Below, in pieces: positions 1 through 9,896 of a stretch of 64,000 bases of DNA; positions within the stretch are counted from its first letter, which is position 1; each line of letters starts with the position of its first letter. This stretch comes from Spirochaetes bacterium ADurb.BinA120 (GTDB taxonomy: Bacteria > Spirochaetota > UBA4802 > UBA5368). The stretch lies in the NCBI GenBank assembly GCA_002069125.1, contig MVZN01000001.1:5909-69908 (forward strand). Direction: 5' to 3'. The position numbers were made by a program, and so were the translations under genes. Below the pieces are notes generated by a model. That model was not told where the DNA came from. It searched no databases and was given only the letters and a program-made list of their open reading frames with translations.

Positions 1-211
1 TCCCGCGTCTTCCACCATCTCTCAGGTATTTCTGAAAAGACGGCTGATATTTCCCCAGATCATGTAGCAAACCCGCAATACGAAATATCTCCTTGTAACT
101 AGGTTTGGATGTAAAACTTACAGCCAGTTCGGCCGTCCCGGTTAAATGAGAGGCAAGCTGATGCCAATCGGCCTCAGGTTGATCGGCTATGGTATGCGCA
201 TAATAATTCAT
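1..211 (-). CDS. cas3: Partial CDS (N-terminus only, continues off the left edge): CRISPR-associated Cas3-type HD nuclease domain
   Basis: Minus-strand ATG at 209-211. Translation is MNYYAHTIADQPEADWHQLASHLTGTAELAVSF...RIAGLLHDLGKYQPSFQKYLRDGG. H...HDxGK...FQ is the Cas3 HD-domain signature. AGGAA lies about 12 nt upstream. Confidence 0.5.
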   Translation of the reverse strand, partial: MNYYAHTIADQPEADWHQLASHLTGTAELAVSFTSKPSYKEIFRIAGLLHDLGKYQPSFQKYLRDGGRRG

Positions 212-1055
212 ATTCAAACCAACATTCCTCTTCTTCGCTCTTTCCAATCTACATCCCAACAGGGACACAAAGAGTAATTCTTGGGAATTATCCTTTTAGT
301 TTTCTATTATTCTTCCTTTTTCGGGTTTTCCCTCTTCATGACCGTTTTCAACCACGACTATCAGATTGACGTCGGAGTTTTTTGTATCCGTGCACACTTT
401 GATTTCCGCTATTCCGAACTCGTCCGTTCTGGCGTTTATTTTAATCGCCTTCATAAATCCTACTTTAAAGCATGGATTGGAAATACAATATAAATTATCG
501 TTTTCGTCGTCGGCGAAATGCCCTCCGCGTGGTTAATCCACACGCCCGTGAGGGATGCGTCAATATATCTAAGCCTTGCCATAATAATGAAAAGCCGTCG
601 AGAGAATAAAAATATACAATATTGCTTTTCACTATATCATTGTATATTCCGCATAATATATCATACACCCGTCTGAAAAGTCAAGGTCAATTGACATACT
701 ACACAAATGTCCGTGCGGGATATGGTGCGTATATGGCTTCCAAACTTACCGTGCACCGGGGCGGATCCTTTCATTCAGATTTCAAGCAAGCCGAAAGCCG
801 GAAGTCGGTCAAGCCGCGCCTCCATGCTTTTCAGTGATTTCTTCCCGTTAAGCAAGAAGGATGAAATTACCATGATTTAAGCCAATTTAAAAGGCAGGGA
901 AAAAAATGGTATACCCTGAAGGTCTATCTTGCAGAGTTTTCGAACACCCTAATCTCCGATGGTGGGCCTTTTATCTCTGCCGCTTTTTAAGCCACTTGTT
1001 TTGCGTTAAAAAGGTGGGACTTAAGGTTTTTTATTATCTTAAGACGCGGAGGAGG

Positions 1056-1125
1056 AAGCTTACCGCCCTCACCCCCCCGGCCCCCTCTCCCATTTAGATC
1101 GGAAGAAATGAGAGGGGGGGCCAGG
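1056..1125. repeat. R3 hairpin element: CCCCCTCTCCC - loop - GGGAGAGGGGG (10-11 bp stem)
   Basis: Same element recurs at about 60124, 60336 and 60596. Confidence 0.7.
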
Positions 1126-1164
1126 TAGAACAAGTTCTAAGGCATAAACATAAAGGCTTCCTCA

Positions 1165-1245
1165 TGCCGAGCTTCCAACTTTCAACTTTGAACTTTCGAC
1201 TGTTATCCCCCGGCGCTCTGCGCCACCCCCGGAGGGGGTTTAGGC
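1165..1245 (+). repeat. R1 mosaic repeat: 7-bp AACTTT[C/G] tract followed by double-hairpin core CCCCCGGCGCTCTGCGCCACCCCCGGAGGGGG
   Basis: Near-identical core at 9921, 26990-27320 (reverse-complement), 46800-47110, 60257, 60533 and 63103. Confidence 0.85.
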
Positions 1246-1706
1246 TAATGTCGCCTGCCAGATACCGACTCACACCGGCCGGCACATCGAACATTCATTA
1301 AGCAGCGCGCACGGATGCGCGCGAGGCAAGGTCGCCCGCTATGCCGTCCTGGCGCAGGCGACACTTCCGACATCCTGTCGGTCGGATAGTCCAGGAGGGA
1401 CCTTCCGCAGCCGAACAGAAAGTCCATGGAAGAACCGACAGAAAAACGAAAAGAAACATTTCGACGGATAATCCCGAATTGCCTTTGATACATACATGCG
1501 GAAAGCCCAGGCTCCGCGCCGCTTGAGCGGCAAGCCCCCCGGCGTTTGAGGGCGCGTTTTTCTTTGGTTCTTTCTTTTTCCGCGATGAAAAAGAAAGAAC
1601 CAAGCCCAACGAGGCAGGGAGGCCTCACCCCTGCATGGGGCCCCATGCGAATCCTCGTTTTCTCCGCGCCTAAAAAGAAAAGGCGTAACCCCCCCGACGG
1701 GCGCGT

Positions 1707-3344
1707 TCATCCCCGCGAGCGTGGGGATTCCGTGGTCGTTCCTGCGACTAGAAAGCCTCGCGAACCGATGGCGACCGCAAGCTTGATAAGGAGCAGGAGT
1801 ATGAGGGGCGACCAGAGAGCAAGGCCGAAGAAGCGTACGCCAAAAATATTTTCGTCGGGAGCGAATGTAAAGACGGGCAGAAAACACCCGCCAATTATGG
1901 CGGTTTCTATTAAGAGCAGGGCGAACACGTCCAAAAACGCGCCGGGAATCCTAAACTGAAGATAGAGCGGGCTGCCGCGAATAAGCCGTATGGTTAGCGC
2001 CGTTACGAATACCATTATCACAGCGTAAAGCGCCACGGCCGCGGAGTGGATGTGCGCCGAGTATATGATGCGCATGGCAACCCCTGCGGCGGCCACCACT
2101 GTTCCGTTTACGAGAAGCAGCATTCCCGTTCCGGCGGTCTGCCGCCGCATTACCATGGCGGTCAGCAGCAAAAGCGCGAGTGAGAAGATAAGCCTCTGGT
2201 ACAAAAGCAGGGTCTCCTTGCAGCGCTGCGGTCTTTCCAGAATGGCGGCCGTAAGGCGTTCGTCGAGCCGGGCATCATCCTCCCTGGCGGTCAGCCGGGG
2301 CGCGGGGATTATCGGGTTCACGAATCGGAAGGCGGCGACCATGCGCTCGCGAAGCGCGATCGATTCCTTAAGGATAGGTCCATAGTCTTTGCCGAGTACC
2401 TCGACAAGCGGGGGAACGGCGGAAAGGGCGGGAAGGGGGGCGCCGGCGGCCGCCGCCACGGTTGGGGCGATTGCCGCGTGATAAACGGTCCGCGAGACGC
2501 TTGTGCCGGTCAGAGAAGGCGCGAAAAGATACAGCGGAACGGCAATGGACGCGTCGTCGGTCCCTCCGTGGTTGCCGTCAACGTTCATGCCGTGGTCGGA
2601 GGCCACTATGACGAGCGCGCCGGGAATCCTTTTATCGAGCAGGCGGAATATCCCGCCGAGCAGGCCGTCGATGCGCGTGATCGAAGAGAGATAGCGCCTT
2701 CCGCTGTTGGTCCCGGTCGCGTGCGCTTCGTTGTCGGGCGAGAGGAAGTGAGCTACCGTAAAATAGGGGAGATCATTGCGGCGGATCATGGTCTCCACGG
2801 CGCGGGCCACCTCGGCCGGGTCGTCCCGCTCGCAACACTCGGCGGGGACGTAGAGCGCCTCTTTGCCGAACATCTCTTTGTACCATTCGAATCCCACAAC
2901 GGCGGATTTAAGCCCGACCCTGGAAAGCGAGTGAAACACCGTTGGCGCGTTGCTGCCGGCGCGCGAGCGGGTTTCGTTATTGACGACTCCGTGCATGTGG
3001 GGAGGAGCGCCTGTCAAGATCGATGCGTAATTCGGGGCCGACACGGTGGGAACCATGGCTCGGGCGTTCTCGTAGCGGAGCCCGAACCTTTGCCAGCGGG
3101 CCGATATTTCGGGGCAGATTTCGGGATCGTACAGGCTGTCGCGCGTCGCGCCGTCGAGAATAAAGAGGAGTACCGAAGGATACCGCGGGGTGCGCGGTTC
3201 CGGGTCCGGCGCGGCGGTTTTTATGGAATTCTCGGGGTATGGGCCGTGGAGGGGCGGAACGAAGCGGCCAAACCGATAATCGTTGACGAAAAGCAGGCGC
3301 ACCAGAAGCGCGAGCGAAAGCGCGATAAATACCGCTTTTTTCAT
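1707..3344 (-). CDS. Alkaline phosphatase superfamily / type I phosphodiesterase-nucleotide pyrophosphatase with signal peptide and C-terminal multi-TM domain
   Basis: MKKAVFIALSLALL signal peptide. Metal-binding core motifs (FILDG..., SAPNYASILTG, ASDHGM, GNHGG). About six hydrophobic helices in the last 150 aa. Confidence 0.75.
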   Translation of the reverse strand: MKKAVFIALSLALLVRLLFVNDYRFGRFVPPLHGPYPENSIKTAAPDPEPRTPRYPSVLLFILDGATRDSLYDPEICPEISARWQRFGLRYENARAMVPTVSAPNYASILTGAPPHMHGVVNNETRSRAGSNAPTVFHSLSRVGLKSAVVGFEWYKEMFGKEALYVPAECCERDDPAEVARAVETMIRRNDLPYFTVAHFLSPDNEAHATGTNSGRRYLSSITRIDGLLGGIFRLLDKRIPGALVIVASDHGMNVDGNHGGTDDASIAVPLYLFAPSLTGTSVSRTVYHAAIAPTVAAAAGAPLPALSAVPPLVEVLGKDYGPILKESIALRERMVAAFRFVNPIIPAPRLTAREDDARLDERLTAAILERPQRCKETLLLYQRLIFSLALLLLTAMVMRRQTAGTGMLLLVNGTVVAAAGVAMRIIYSAHIHSAAVALYAVIMVFVTALTIRLIRGSPLYLQFRIPGAFLDVFALLLIETAIIGGCFLPVFTFAPDENIFGVRFFGLALWSPLILLLLIKLAVAIGSRGFLVAGTTTESPRSRG

Positions 3345-3422
3345 GCGGCCGCCGCGCCATGAAAATCTATTGACACGATCATAGGCCCGCTTTAAGCTCC
3401 CCACTTCGTAATCACGCCCGAC

Positions 3423-4547
3423 ATGAGGTCCGCAGCTTTACAGACAATGAAAGAGACGAAGAAAAATCCGGCGCCGCAGGCGCGGCATTTTGTCCGGTTC
3501 GTTGATAAGTATTCCCCGCGAATTGACCTGTCAATAGAGAATTACTTCTCCGGGAAAAAAAAGGCCGCCGAACATCCCTTCATGGCGGAGATCTGGTCGG
3601 ATCTCGCGGAGTACTGCCTGCGGCCCGGCAAAAGGGTCCGCCCGCTCGTGCTCATCGCAGCCTTCCGCGGATACGGAGGCGAAAACTCCGCCATGCGGGC
3701 GATCATAGCGATGGCGGCCTCGCTCGAGCTAATGCACTCGTTCCTTCTCATACAGGACGATATCATCGACCGCTCCCACGTGCGCCGCGGCGGGGCGGCC
3801 TTTCACCTATTGATGCAAGGGCGTTTTTCGGGCGGTACGATAAACGAGGGCGTGGGGTCCGATGTCGCGCTGGTGGCGGCGGACGTGCTGTTCTGCGACG
3901 CCCTGCGGCTCGTTCTCGGCGCCGGGATAGGGGCGGAGGCCAAGACCGGCTTCCTTCGCCTCTTCGCGGACACCTATGAGCGTACGGCCTGGGGACAGAT
4001 CCTCGACATCGTAAACACCATGCCGCGCTCCCTTCACGCGGGCGATACGGCGGCGCACGAGGTCGGCATGATGAAGACAGCCTATTACACCGTCTACTAT
4101 CCGCTCCTGATGGGCTGCACGCTCGCGGGGGCGGCGACGGCCGGCGAGCGCCGCGCAATCGGGCGCTTTGCCCTGCCGCTCGGCCACGCCTTCCAGGTGC
4201 GTGACGACATACTTGGCGTCTTCGGCGACAGGGCCGAGATGGGGAAGTCGGCGGATTCGGACATACTCGAGGGCAAGAAGACGGTTCTCGTGCAGAATAC
4301 GATCGAGCGCCTGGGGCCTGTGGAAGGAAAGCGCTTCGAGTCCCTCTTCACGAAGGCCGCAAAGTCCGCGTCGGACCTGGACGAGATACGGGGGATGATA
4401 CGGGATAGCGGCGCGCTGGATAAGGCCGTGGATATGCACCGCAGGCTCGTCGACGAGGCCGTTCGCGCCTCCTCATCCCTCCTGATCGCCGATGCGGAGC
4501 GGGAGGTGCTCCTCGGATTGTGCGCCTCCATAGGAGCGCTTAAATAG
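3423..4547 (+). CDS. Polyprenyl synthetase family (FPP/GGPP synthase-like)
   Basis: Two aspartate-rich motifs, LLIQDDIIDRSHVRRG and FQVRDDILG. Confidence 0.8.
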   Translation: MRSAALQTMKETKKNPAPQARHFVRFVDKYSPRIDLSIENYFSGKKKAAEHPFMAEIWSDLAEYCLRPGKRVRPLVLIAAFRGYGGENSAMRAIIAMAASLELMHSFLLIQDDIIDRSHVRRGGAAFHLLMQGRFSGGTINEGVGSDVALVAADVLFCDALRLVLGAGIGAEAKTGFLRLFADTYERTAWGQILDIVNTMPRSLHAGDTAAHEVGMMKTAYYTVYYPLLMGCTLAGAATAGERRAIGRFALPLGHAFQVRDDILGVFGDRAEMGKSADSDILEGKKTVLVQNTIERLGPVEGKRFESLFTKAAKSASDLDEIRGMIRDSGALDKAVDMHRRLVDEAVRASSSLLIADAEREVLLGLCASIGALK

Positions 4548-4638
4548 ATTGCCGATATAGATTATGGTATACTCACCACGGACTTCCGGCACGGCCCGCT
4601 CGAAGGGCGCGTGACCGATCAGAGACAAGGGAGCGATA

Positions 4639-5331
4639 ATGAGAGCGGTTAAAAAGAAACGAACCCCGGACGAAAATTCCGGGAAATACCACAAGGATAC
4701 CTTCGACAAAATTTCGGACAAGAAACGCGAGAGGATAATAAAGATATCCACCGTGGAATTCGCCGAAAAGGGATTCAACGGGGCGAACGTAAATGTCATC
4801 GCGAACAAGGCGGGAATCAGCATAGGCTCAATGTACAATTACTTTTCGAGCAAGGAGCACCTCTTTCTCACCGTAGTGGACGAGGGATACAAGCTGCTCG
4901 AGGCGGCGTTTGCGGGAGCGGATCTGTCCAACGGCGACCTGTTCGACAAACTCGAAACGATCATCCGCGTAGCCCAGAAACATTCGCGTTCGCATCCGCA
5001 TTTCGTCCAGCTATACCAGGACATCACCACCGAAAGCCTCGCGCACCTTTCGGCGCGGCTGTCCCGCAAGATCGAGAACATCTCGGCCGTATTTTACAGA
5101 CATTACATCAACGAGGCCAGGGAGAAGGGCCTGGTGGACCCCTCCATCGACGAGCACGTCGCCTCCTACTGCATCGACAACATCATCGTACTCATGCAGT
5201 TCTCGTACACCTCCGAGTATTACAAGGAGCGTCTGCGCACCTTTGTGGGCGAGGACGCCCTCGAGGACGACGAGCGAGTTATTAAGGGGATGATGGATTT
5301 CATAAGGCACGCTATCGGGGCGCGCAAGTGA
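4639..5331 (+). CDS. TetR/AcrR family transcriptional regulator
   Basis: N-terminal HTH (RERIIKISTVEFAEKGFNGANVNVIANKAGISIGSMYNYFSSKEHLF). AAGGGAG RBS. Confidence 0.8.
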   Translation: MRAVKKKRTPDENSGKYHKDTFDKISDKKRERIIKISTVEFAEKGFNGANVNVIANKAGISIGSMYNYFSSKEHLFLTVVDEGYKLLEAAFAGADLSNGDLFDKLETIIRVAQKHSRSHPHFVQLYQDITTESLAHLSARLSRKIENISAVFYRHYINEAREKGLVDPSIDEHVASYCIDNIIVLMQFSYTSEYYKERLRTFVGEDALEDDERVIKGMMDFIRHAIGARK

Positions 5332-5381
5332 GCCCGGGGGCATCGATGTCCCGCCGGGGGGATGATGCGGAATAAAACCCG

Positions 5382-6809
5382 ATGACCATCGATATCGCCG
5401 TTATTCTGATATATATTGTACTTATCAATATAATCGGGCTCTGGTTTTCGGGCGGCTCGAGCGTAAGCGATTATTTCCTGGGAAACCGCTCGGTGCACTG
5501 GTTCCTGGCATGCCTCTCCATCGTCGCCACGGAAACTTCGAGTCTCAGCTTCATCTCGATTCCGGGGCTCGCCTATGCGAGCGGAACGGGGTTTTTACAG
5601 GTCACCTTCGGCTATCTCGCGGGCCGGATGCTTGTGGCCGCCTTCCTACTGCCGCGATACTTTCAGGGCGAATACGAAACCGTGTACGAATTCCTCCAGC
5701 GCCGATTCGGGCGGACGTCGCGGCGCGTGGTTTCGGTCATTTTCCACATAACGCGCCTCTTCGCCGACAGCGTACGCCTCTTCGCAACGGCCATACCGCT
5801 TACCGTAATGACCGGCTGGGACTACAGGCTTTCCCTGGCGGTTATCGGCGGGGCTACGTTCATTTACACCTTTTACGGGGGCATCCGCTCAGTCATCGTG
5901 ACGGACGCCCTGCAGCTCGCGCTGTACCTGTTTTGCGTGGGGCTCGGCGCGTACTGCGTGATGGACGAGCTCTCGCTCTCCCTCGGCGGCGTGTTCGCCC
6001 TCATACCTTCCGCCGATCTGGCCTTCGTCTCCTCCGGCCTTGGCGGCGGCGCGGCGAAGCTTTTCGGCTCGTACAACCTTCTCACCGGCATCGTCGGCGG
6101 GGCGTTTCTCTCGTTCGCCTCGCATGGCACGGACCACCTCATCGTTCAGCGCGTCCTGTCCTGCCGCGACGCCTCGTCGGCCCGCAAGGCCATGATAGCG
6201 AGCGGCTTTCTGGTTATCATGCAGATAGCGCTTTTCCTCCTGTTCGGCCTTTTCATCAAGGCGCTGTTCGGGGGCCGGCACTTCGACTCGAGCGATTCGA
6301 TAGTTCCATACTTTATCGTAAACCATCTGCCAGCGGGACTCAGGGGGCTAATGCTCGCCGGCATCTTCGCCGCGGCCATGTCGACCTTAAGTTCGTCCAT
6401 CAACTCGCTCGCATCATCGACCGCGCTCGACCTGCTGAGGCTCAAGGAGCGCCGGCTTTCCGAGCGCTGTAAAGTGGCCGCGGCTCGCGCAATCGCCTTC
6501 TTCTGGACGCTCGCTATCATCGGCGTCTCGGTGCTATTTCACGATTCGAAGAACCCGCTGGTGGAGGTCGGACTATCCATCTCCTCGGTGACTTACGGCG
6601 GGGTACTGGGGATCTTCGTTCTGGGCAGGTTCACCGACGGCATGGACCCGCGCGCGGCCCTTTTCGGGGTTTTTGCCGGGGTTCTCGCCGTGGTATCGGC
6701 CATGGCCTTTAGCTCGATTTTCTGGCTGTGGTACGTTGCGCTTGGATTCGGGGTGTGCGTGGCCGCGGCGCTTGCCGCCTCGAAGGCGGTCAGTTGGGGT
6801 CTTCGATGA
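5382..6809 (+). CDS. Sodium:solute symporter family (SSF) transporter
   Basis: About 13 TM segments. SSF-like motifs (DYFLGNRSV, GGIRSVIVTDALQ). Confidence 0.75.
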   Translation: MTIDIAVILIYIVLINIIGLWFSGGSSVSDYFLGNRSVHWFLACLSIVATETSSLSFISIPGLAYASGTGFLQVTFGYLAGRMLVAAFLLPRYFQGEYETVYEFLQRRFGRTSRRVVSVIFHITRLFADSVRLFATAIPLTVMTGWDYRLSLAVIGGATFIYTFYGGIRSVIVTDALQLALYLFCVGLGAYCVMDELSLSLGGVFALIPSADLAFVSSGLGGGAAKLFGSYNLLTGIVGGAFLSFASHGTDHLIVQRVLSCRDASSARKAMIASGFLVIMQIALFLLFGLFIKALFGGRHFDSSDSIVPYFIVNHLPAGLRGLMLAGIFAAAMSTLSSSINSLASSTALDLLRLKERRLSERCKVAAARAIAFFWTLAIIGVSVLFHDSKNPLVEVGLSISSVTYGGVLGIFVLGRFTDGMDPRAALFGVFAGVLAVVSAMAFSSIFWLWYVALGFGVCVAAALAASKAVSWGLR

Positions 6810-7737
6810 TCTTCAGCGAGGAATGCGATTCGAAGTGCTCCGGCGGTTCCCGGTCGAAGAGCAGGATGATCTCGGTTCGGACCTTGTTTCTTATTACGAA
6901 ATAATATTCCGATGTGAGCTTTCTCACAAGATCGATGCCCCGGCCGGTCTCGGAGACCTTGTCCGATATCTCCTCTCCTGTTTCGTACGCGCGAAGAATC
7001 ATCTGCGACTCCTCGACGGCCTTCCTGATGCTGTCCAGTATCTTATGTTTGGTCAGTTCGCCCTTGTAGTCGGTGATGGAAATGCCGTAAGCGTCCGCGC
7101 TGTGGGCGAAGAACAGGTCGACAAACTCCCCCTTCTTGAGGGTCACCTGGACGCGCTCCTCCTTCTCGCGAGTGTAGCCGTGCGAATGATAGACCGAGTT
7201 GATGATCAGCTCGTTGAGTATGAGGTTGAGGACCGATTTGTTCCGCACCTTTATCCCCCATTCATCGAGCTGCTTCATGAGGGTCGCTATTGAACCCCTT
7301 ATCCGGCCGGAGGCCGTTATGCGAATCTTCATAATGTCTTCGGCAGGAACGTCCATGTAGTTTTCCAGTCCGAAGATGTTTTTCCGGGTGATGAGTTTCC
7401 GGGCAAGGCTTACCAGCTCTTTTTCCCTAAGCGGCTTGTGGAGCACGTTTCCGATCCCCTCGCGGAAGATGTGCTCGAAAAAGGTATCGATGTCCTTTTC
7501 GGTGACCATGATGGCGGGGATGAAGGGATAGTAGTTCGATATATAATTGTACAGGTCGAAGGCGTTGTCGCCCGGCAGCTCCACTTCGGATACGATGAGG
7601 TCGAAATCGCTCGATTTGAGCCGGGCCATGGCGTCAAAGGCCGATTCGCAGCTTTCGACGTTATAGCCGGCTTCCGTAAACATGCGCGCGATCGTCTCGC
7701 GGTACGGGGTGAAGTCGACGATCAGAATATTGTACAT
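6790..7737 (-). CDS. Response-regulator receiver domain fused to histidine-kinase-like ATPase (anti-sigma-factor-kinase type) domain
   Basis: N-terminal REC (ILIVDF...DLIVSEVELPG...). C-terminal HATPase_c-like region (LILNELIINSVYHSHGY...ETGRGIDLVRKL). Its 3' end overlaps the SSF gene by 20 bp on the opposite strand. Confidence 0.65.
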   Translation of the reverse strand: MYNILIVDFTPYRETIARMFTEAGYNVESCESAFDAMARLKSSDFDLIVSEVELPGDNAFDLYNYISNYYPFIPAIMVTEKDIDTFFEHIFREGIGNVLHKPLREKELVSLARKLITRKNIFGLENYMDVPAEDIMKIRITASGRIRGSIATLMKQLDEWGIKVRNKSVLNLILNELIINSVYHSHGYTREKEERVQVTLKKGEFVDLFFAHSADAYGISITDYKGELTKHKILDSIRKAVEESQMILRAYETGEEISDKVSETGRGIDLVRKLTSEYYFVIRNKVRTEIILLFDREPPEHFESHSSLKIIEDPN

Positions 7738-7993
7738 TGGGTCACCGTGTCCATGACCGGAATGCCCGCACCGGGCCCCGGGGGCTTATGCCTTATTATC
7801 GGCCATTTTGTCCTAAAGGATAATACGGCCGGCGCGATACCAAAATCTCTTGGACCGGAGGCCCGGTCCAGTGTAAAATATGGTTGAAGAACACTGCGGC
7901 CCTGTGATATTATCCAACCGCTTGCGCGGATCGTTCCATGCCCGGCGGCATTCGGACGCTACAACGCCCCGGTAATCGTCGAGGGGCGGATTC

Positions 7994-8713
7994 ATGGGGG
8001 ATATTGCGATGAAAAAAGCTTTTACGATGTTTGTGTGCCTGCTGTCGGCGGCGGTGCTTACGAATACGACTGCCTGGTCTCAGGAGAAGAAGGAGCCGGA
8101 GCGCGGCAGCGCGCTAACCTCGGAGAAGCTGGACAGCGAGGGTAGGGCGCTCGATGAACGGATCGTCGCGCTCGGAAAGAAGATAGAGGATATAGTCGTC
8201 AGATACAAACTCATGTCGACCAAGGACATCCGGGTGGTGCCCTACCAGGTAAGCTACCGGCTTGCGGACGGATATATAGAGATACAGCGCCACAGCTACG
8301 AAAGGGACGAGCTCACCAGACAGGTAACGCGGCTCAAAAAAAAGACCATCCGAATATATTCGTCGGGATCGAGTGTTTCGAAGGTGGAATCGGAGATCAT
8401 GGAACGCGATTACAACGGCGGCCTCTCCACCCAGGTGATCATTGTGGACCCCACGCCCACAGCGGCGGGTACCGATGATATAATCTTTACGCATATCTTA
8501 AACGGCAAAAAGCTCCTCGACGGTCGGAAACTGGGCGAGGTAAAGAACTCGACGGCCTTCCCAGTGCGTAACAACCTCAAGCGCGAGTTCCTGGTGCCGC
8601 ACCTCGAGTATTTCAGCCAGGTCCTCCTATCCATCGCCGAGACCTATGCCAGGGGAATAAAGGACTCCGACAGCCAGATGTACGAATTCCTCAAACAATC
8701 GACCTCGTACTGA
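7994..8713 (+). CDS. Hypothetical secreted protein (signal peptide)
   Basis: MKKAFTMFVCLLSAAVLT signal sequence. No recognisable domain. The alternative start MKK is at 8009. Confidence 0.5.
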   Translation: MGDIAMKKAFTMFVCLLSAAVLTNTTAWSQEKKEPERGSALTSEKLDSEGRALDERIVALGKKIEDIVVRYKLMSTKDIRVVPYQVSYRLADGYIEIQRHSYERDELTRQVTRLKKKTIRIYSSGSSVSKVESEIMERDYNGGLSTQVIIVDPTPTAAGTDDIIFTHILNGKKLLDGRKLGEVKNSTAFPVRNNLKREFLVPHLEYFSQVLLSIAETYARGIKDSDSQMYEFLKQSTSY

Positions 8714-8763
8714 GGACGCCCCGCCGCTTGGCGCCGTTTTATGCGTTCGTATTTCCGCCCGGG

Positions 8764-9360
8764 TCAGTCCAGGCCTCTATTCCCGCAGAATTCTTCTATC
8801 AAGGAGAGCATCTCCCTCCTGCCGAGGTTTGTTTTGGACGAGGAAAAAAAGACCGAATCCTCGCCGACCGAAAGCGCGTTCGCTATCGCGCGCGCCGAGG
8901 CCGCCCGCCCTCCCCGGGCCAGCTTGTCGCACTTCGTGGCCACAACGGCCACCGGCACCCTCCGCTCGGTGAGCAGCGTTATCATCTCGCGCTCGAAGTC
9001 GCCGGGCACGCGCCGGATATCCACCAGCATAAACATCAGGCGCAGCCGGTCACGGTCCCGGATATAGCTTTTTATAAGTGGGAGAAAACCTTCACGGACC
9101 GATTCGGGAAGCTTAGCATAGCCGAATCCCGGCAGGTCAGCGAATGTGATGCCTCCGTTTATAATGAAAAAGTTGACGCTTTTGGTCACTCCGGGCCGCG
9201 AGCCGGTCTTTACCAGGTCTTTTTTGCCAGTGAGCATGTTTATAAGCGAGGACTTCCCGACGTTAGAGCGGCCCATAAAGGCGAATTCGGGATAGGGCAG
9301 GTTCGGAAAGGCCGAAGCGGCGAAAACGCTCTTTAGAAATTGCGCGTCTTTTATCTTCAT
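8764..9360 (-). CDS. engB: Ribosome biogenesis GTP-binding protein YihA/YsxC (EngB)
   Basis: G1 motif GRSNVGKSSLIN, DLPGFGY and TKCDK motifs. ATGA overlap with the upstream rimI. Confidence 0.85.
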   Translation of the reverse strand: MKIKDAQFLKSVFAASAFPNLPYPEFAFMGRSNVGKSSLINMLTGKKDLVKTGSRPGVTKSVNFFIINGGITFADLPGFGYAKLPESVREGFLPLIKSYIRDRDRLRLMFMLVDIRRVPGDFEREMITLLTERRVPVAVVATKCDKLARGGRAASARAIANALSVGEDSVFFSSSKTNLGRREMLSLIEEFCGNRGLD

Positions 9361-9791
9361 TTGATTTTCAGTTCCATGAGCATCGCGTCGTCGCCGCCAT
9401 AGTAGCGCCTTCTCCGCCCAGTCTCGACGAACCCAGCCGCGCGATAGAACGAGCGCGCCTCCAGGTTTTTCGAACGCACCTCGATCAATATCCTCGAATG
9501 GGGCGAGGGGGTGAGGCGGCGCGCAAGGTTTTCCAAAAGCGCGCGGCCGATTCCTCTTCGTCTCTGTGATGCGTGTATCAGGATCCGGTTGAGCTGCAGC
9601 TCTCCGGCGACCCTCCAGGCCACCGCGTATCCGGCGATTCCATTCTCATTCTCGGCCACCAGGAAGTGGGAGAAGGAATTGGAAAGTTCACTCTCAAAGC
9701 CCTGGCGGCTCCAGGGCGAGGGCATCCACTCGTTCTCCATGGAGCAGACCGCGTCGAGGTCGGATTCGGTCGCGTTTCGAATGTTTATCAT
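9357..9791 (-). CDS. rimI: Ribosomal-protein-alanine N-acetyltransferase (GNAT, RimI-like)
   Basis: GNAT acetyl-CoA motif QRRRGIGRALL. Size 144 aa. Coupled to engB. Confidence 0.75.
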   Translation of the reverse strand: MINIRNATESDLDAVCSMENEWMPSPWSRQGFESELSNSFSHFLVAENENGIAGYAVAWRVAGELQLNRILIHASQRRRGIGRALLENLARRLTPSPHSRILIEVRSKNLEARSFYRAAGFVETGRRRRYYGGDDAMLMELKIK

Positions 9792-9896
9792 ACGCTATCC
9801 AATAGCCCGCCCGGGGCGAGCCTGTCAAAGCAAAATCGCTTAAGATTGTTATCTTGAGGCGCCGCCAGGATTGTCAGTAGGTTTTCCCTTTAGCCT

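Noticed and set aside
281-493. Small ORFs in the AT-rich island (281..493, 622..837, 906..1097)
   Set aside because: They have TTG starts without RBS, no recognisable motifs, and atypical composition. I cannot exclude a small protein (for example MTVFNHDYQ... from the ATG at 338), but the evidence is too weak to call it.
1207-1240. TTATCCCCC within R1 resembling a DnaA box (TTATCCACA)
   Set aside because: It matches only 7 of 9 positions, is part of every repeat copy spread across the window, and has no accompanying AT-rich DUE or dnaA/dnaN context. It is not an origin.
2478-3362. Large antisense ORFs (for example 2478..3362, 5510..6472, 15426..16589, 36474..37220, 37136..38227, 45368..46492, 51720..52862, 53248..54675)
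   Set aside because: All lie opposite well-supported genes and are Arg/Ala/Gly-rich low-complexity translations typical of high-GC antisense frames. None has a recognisable domain.
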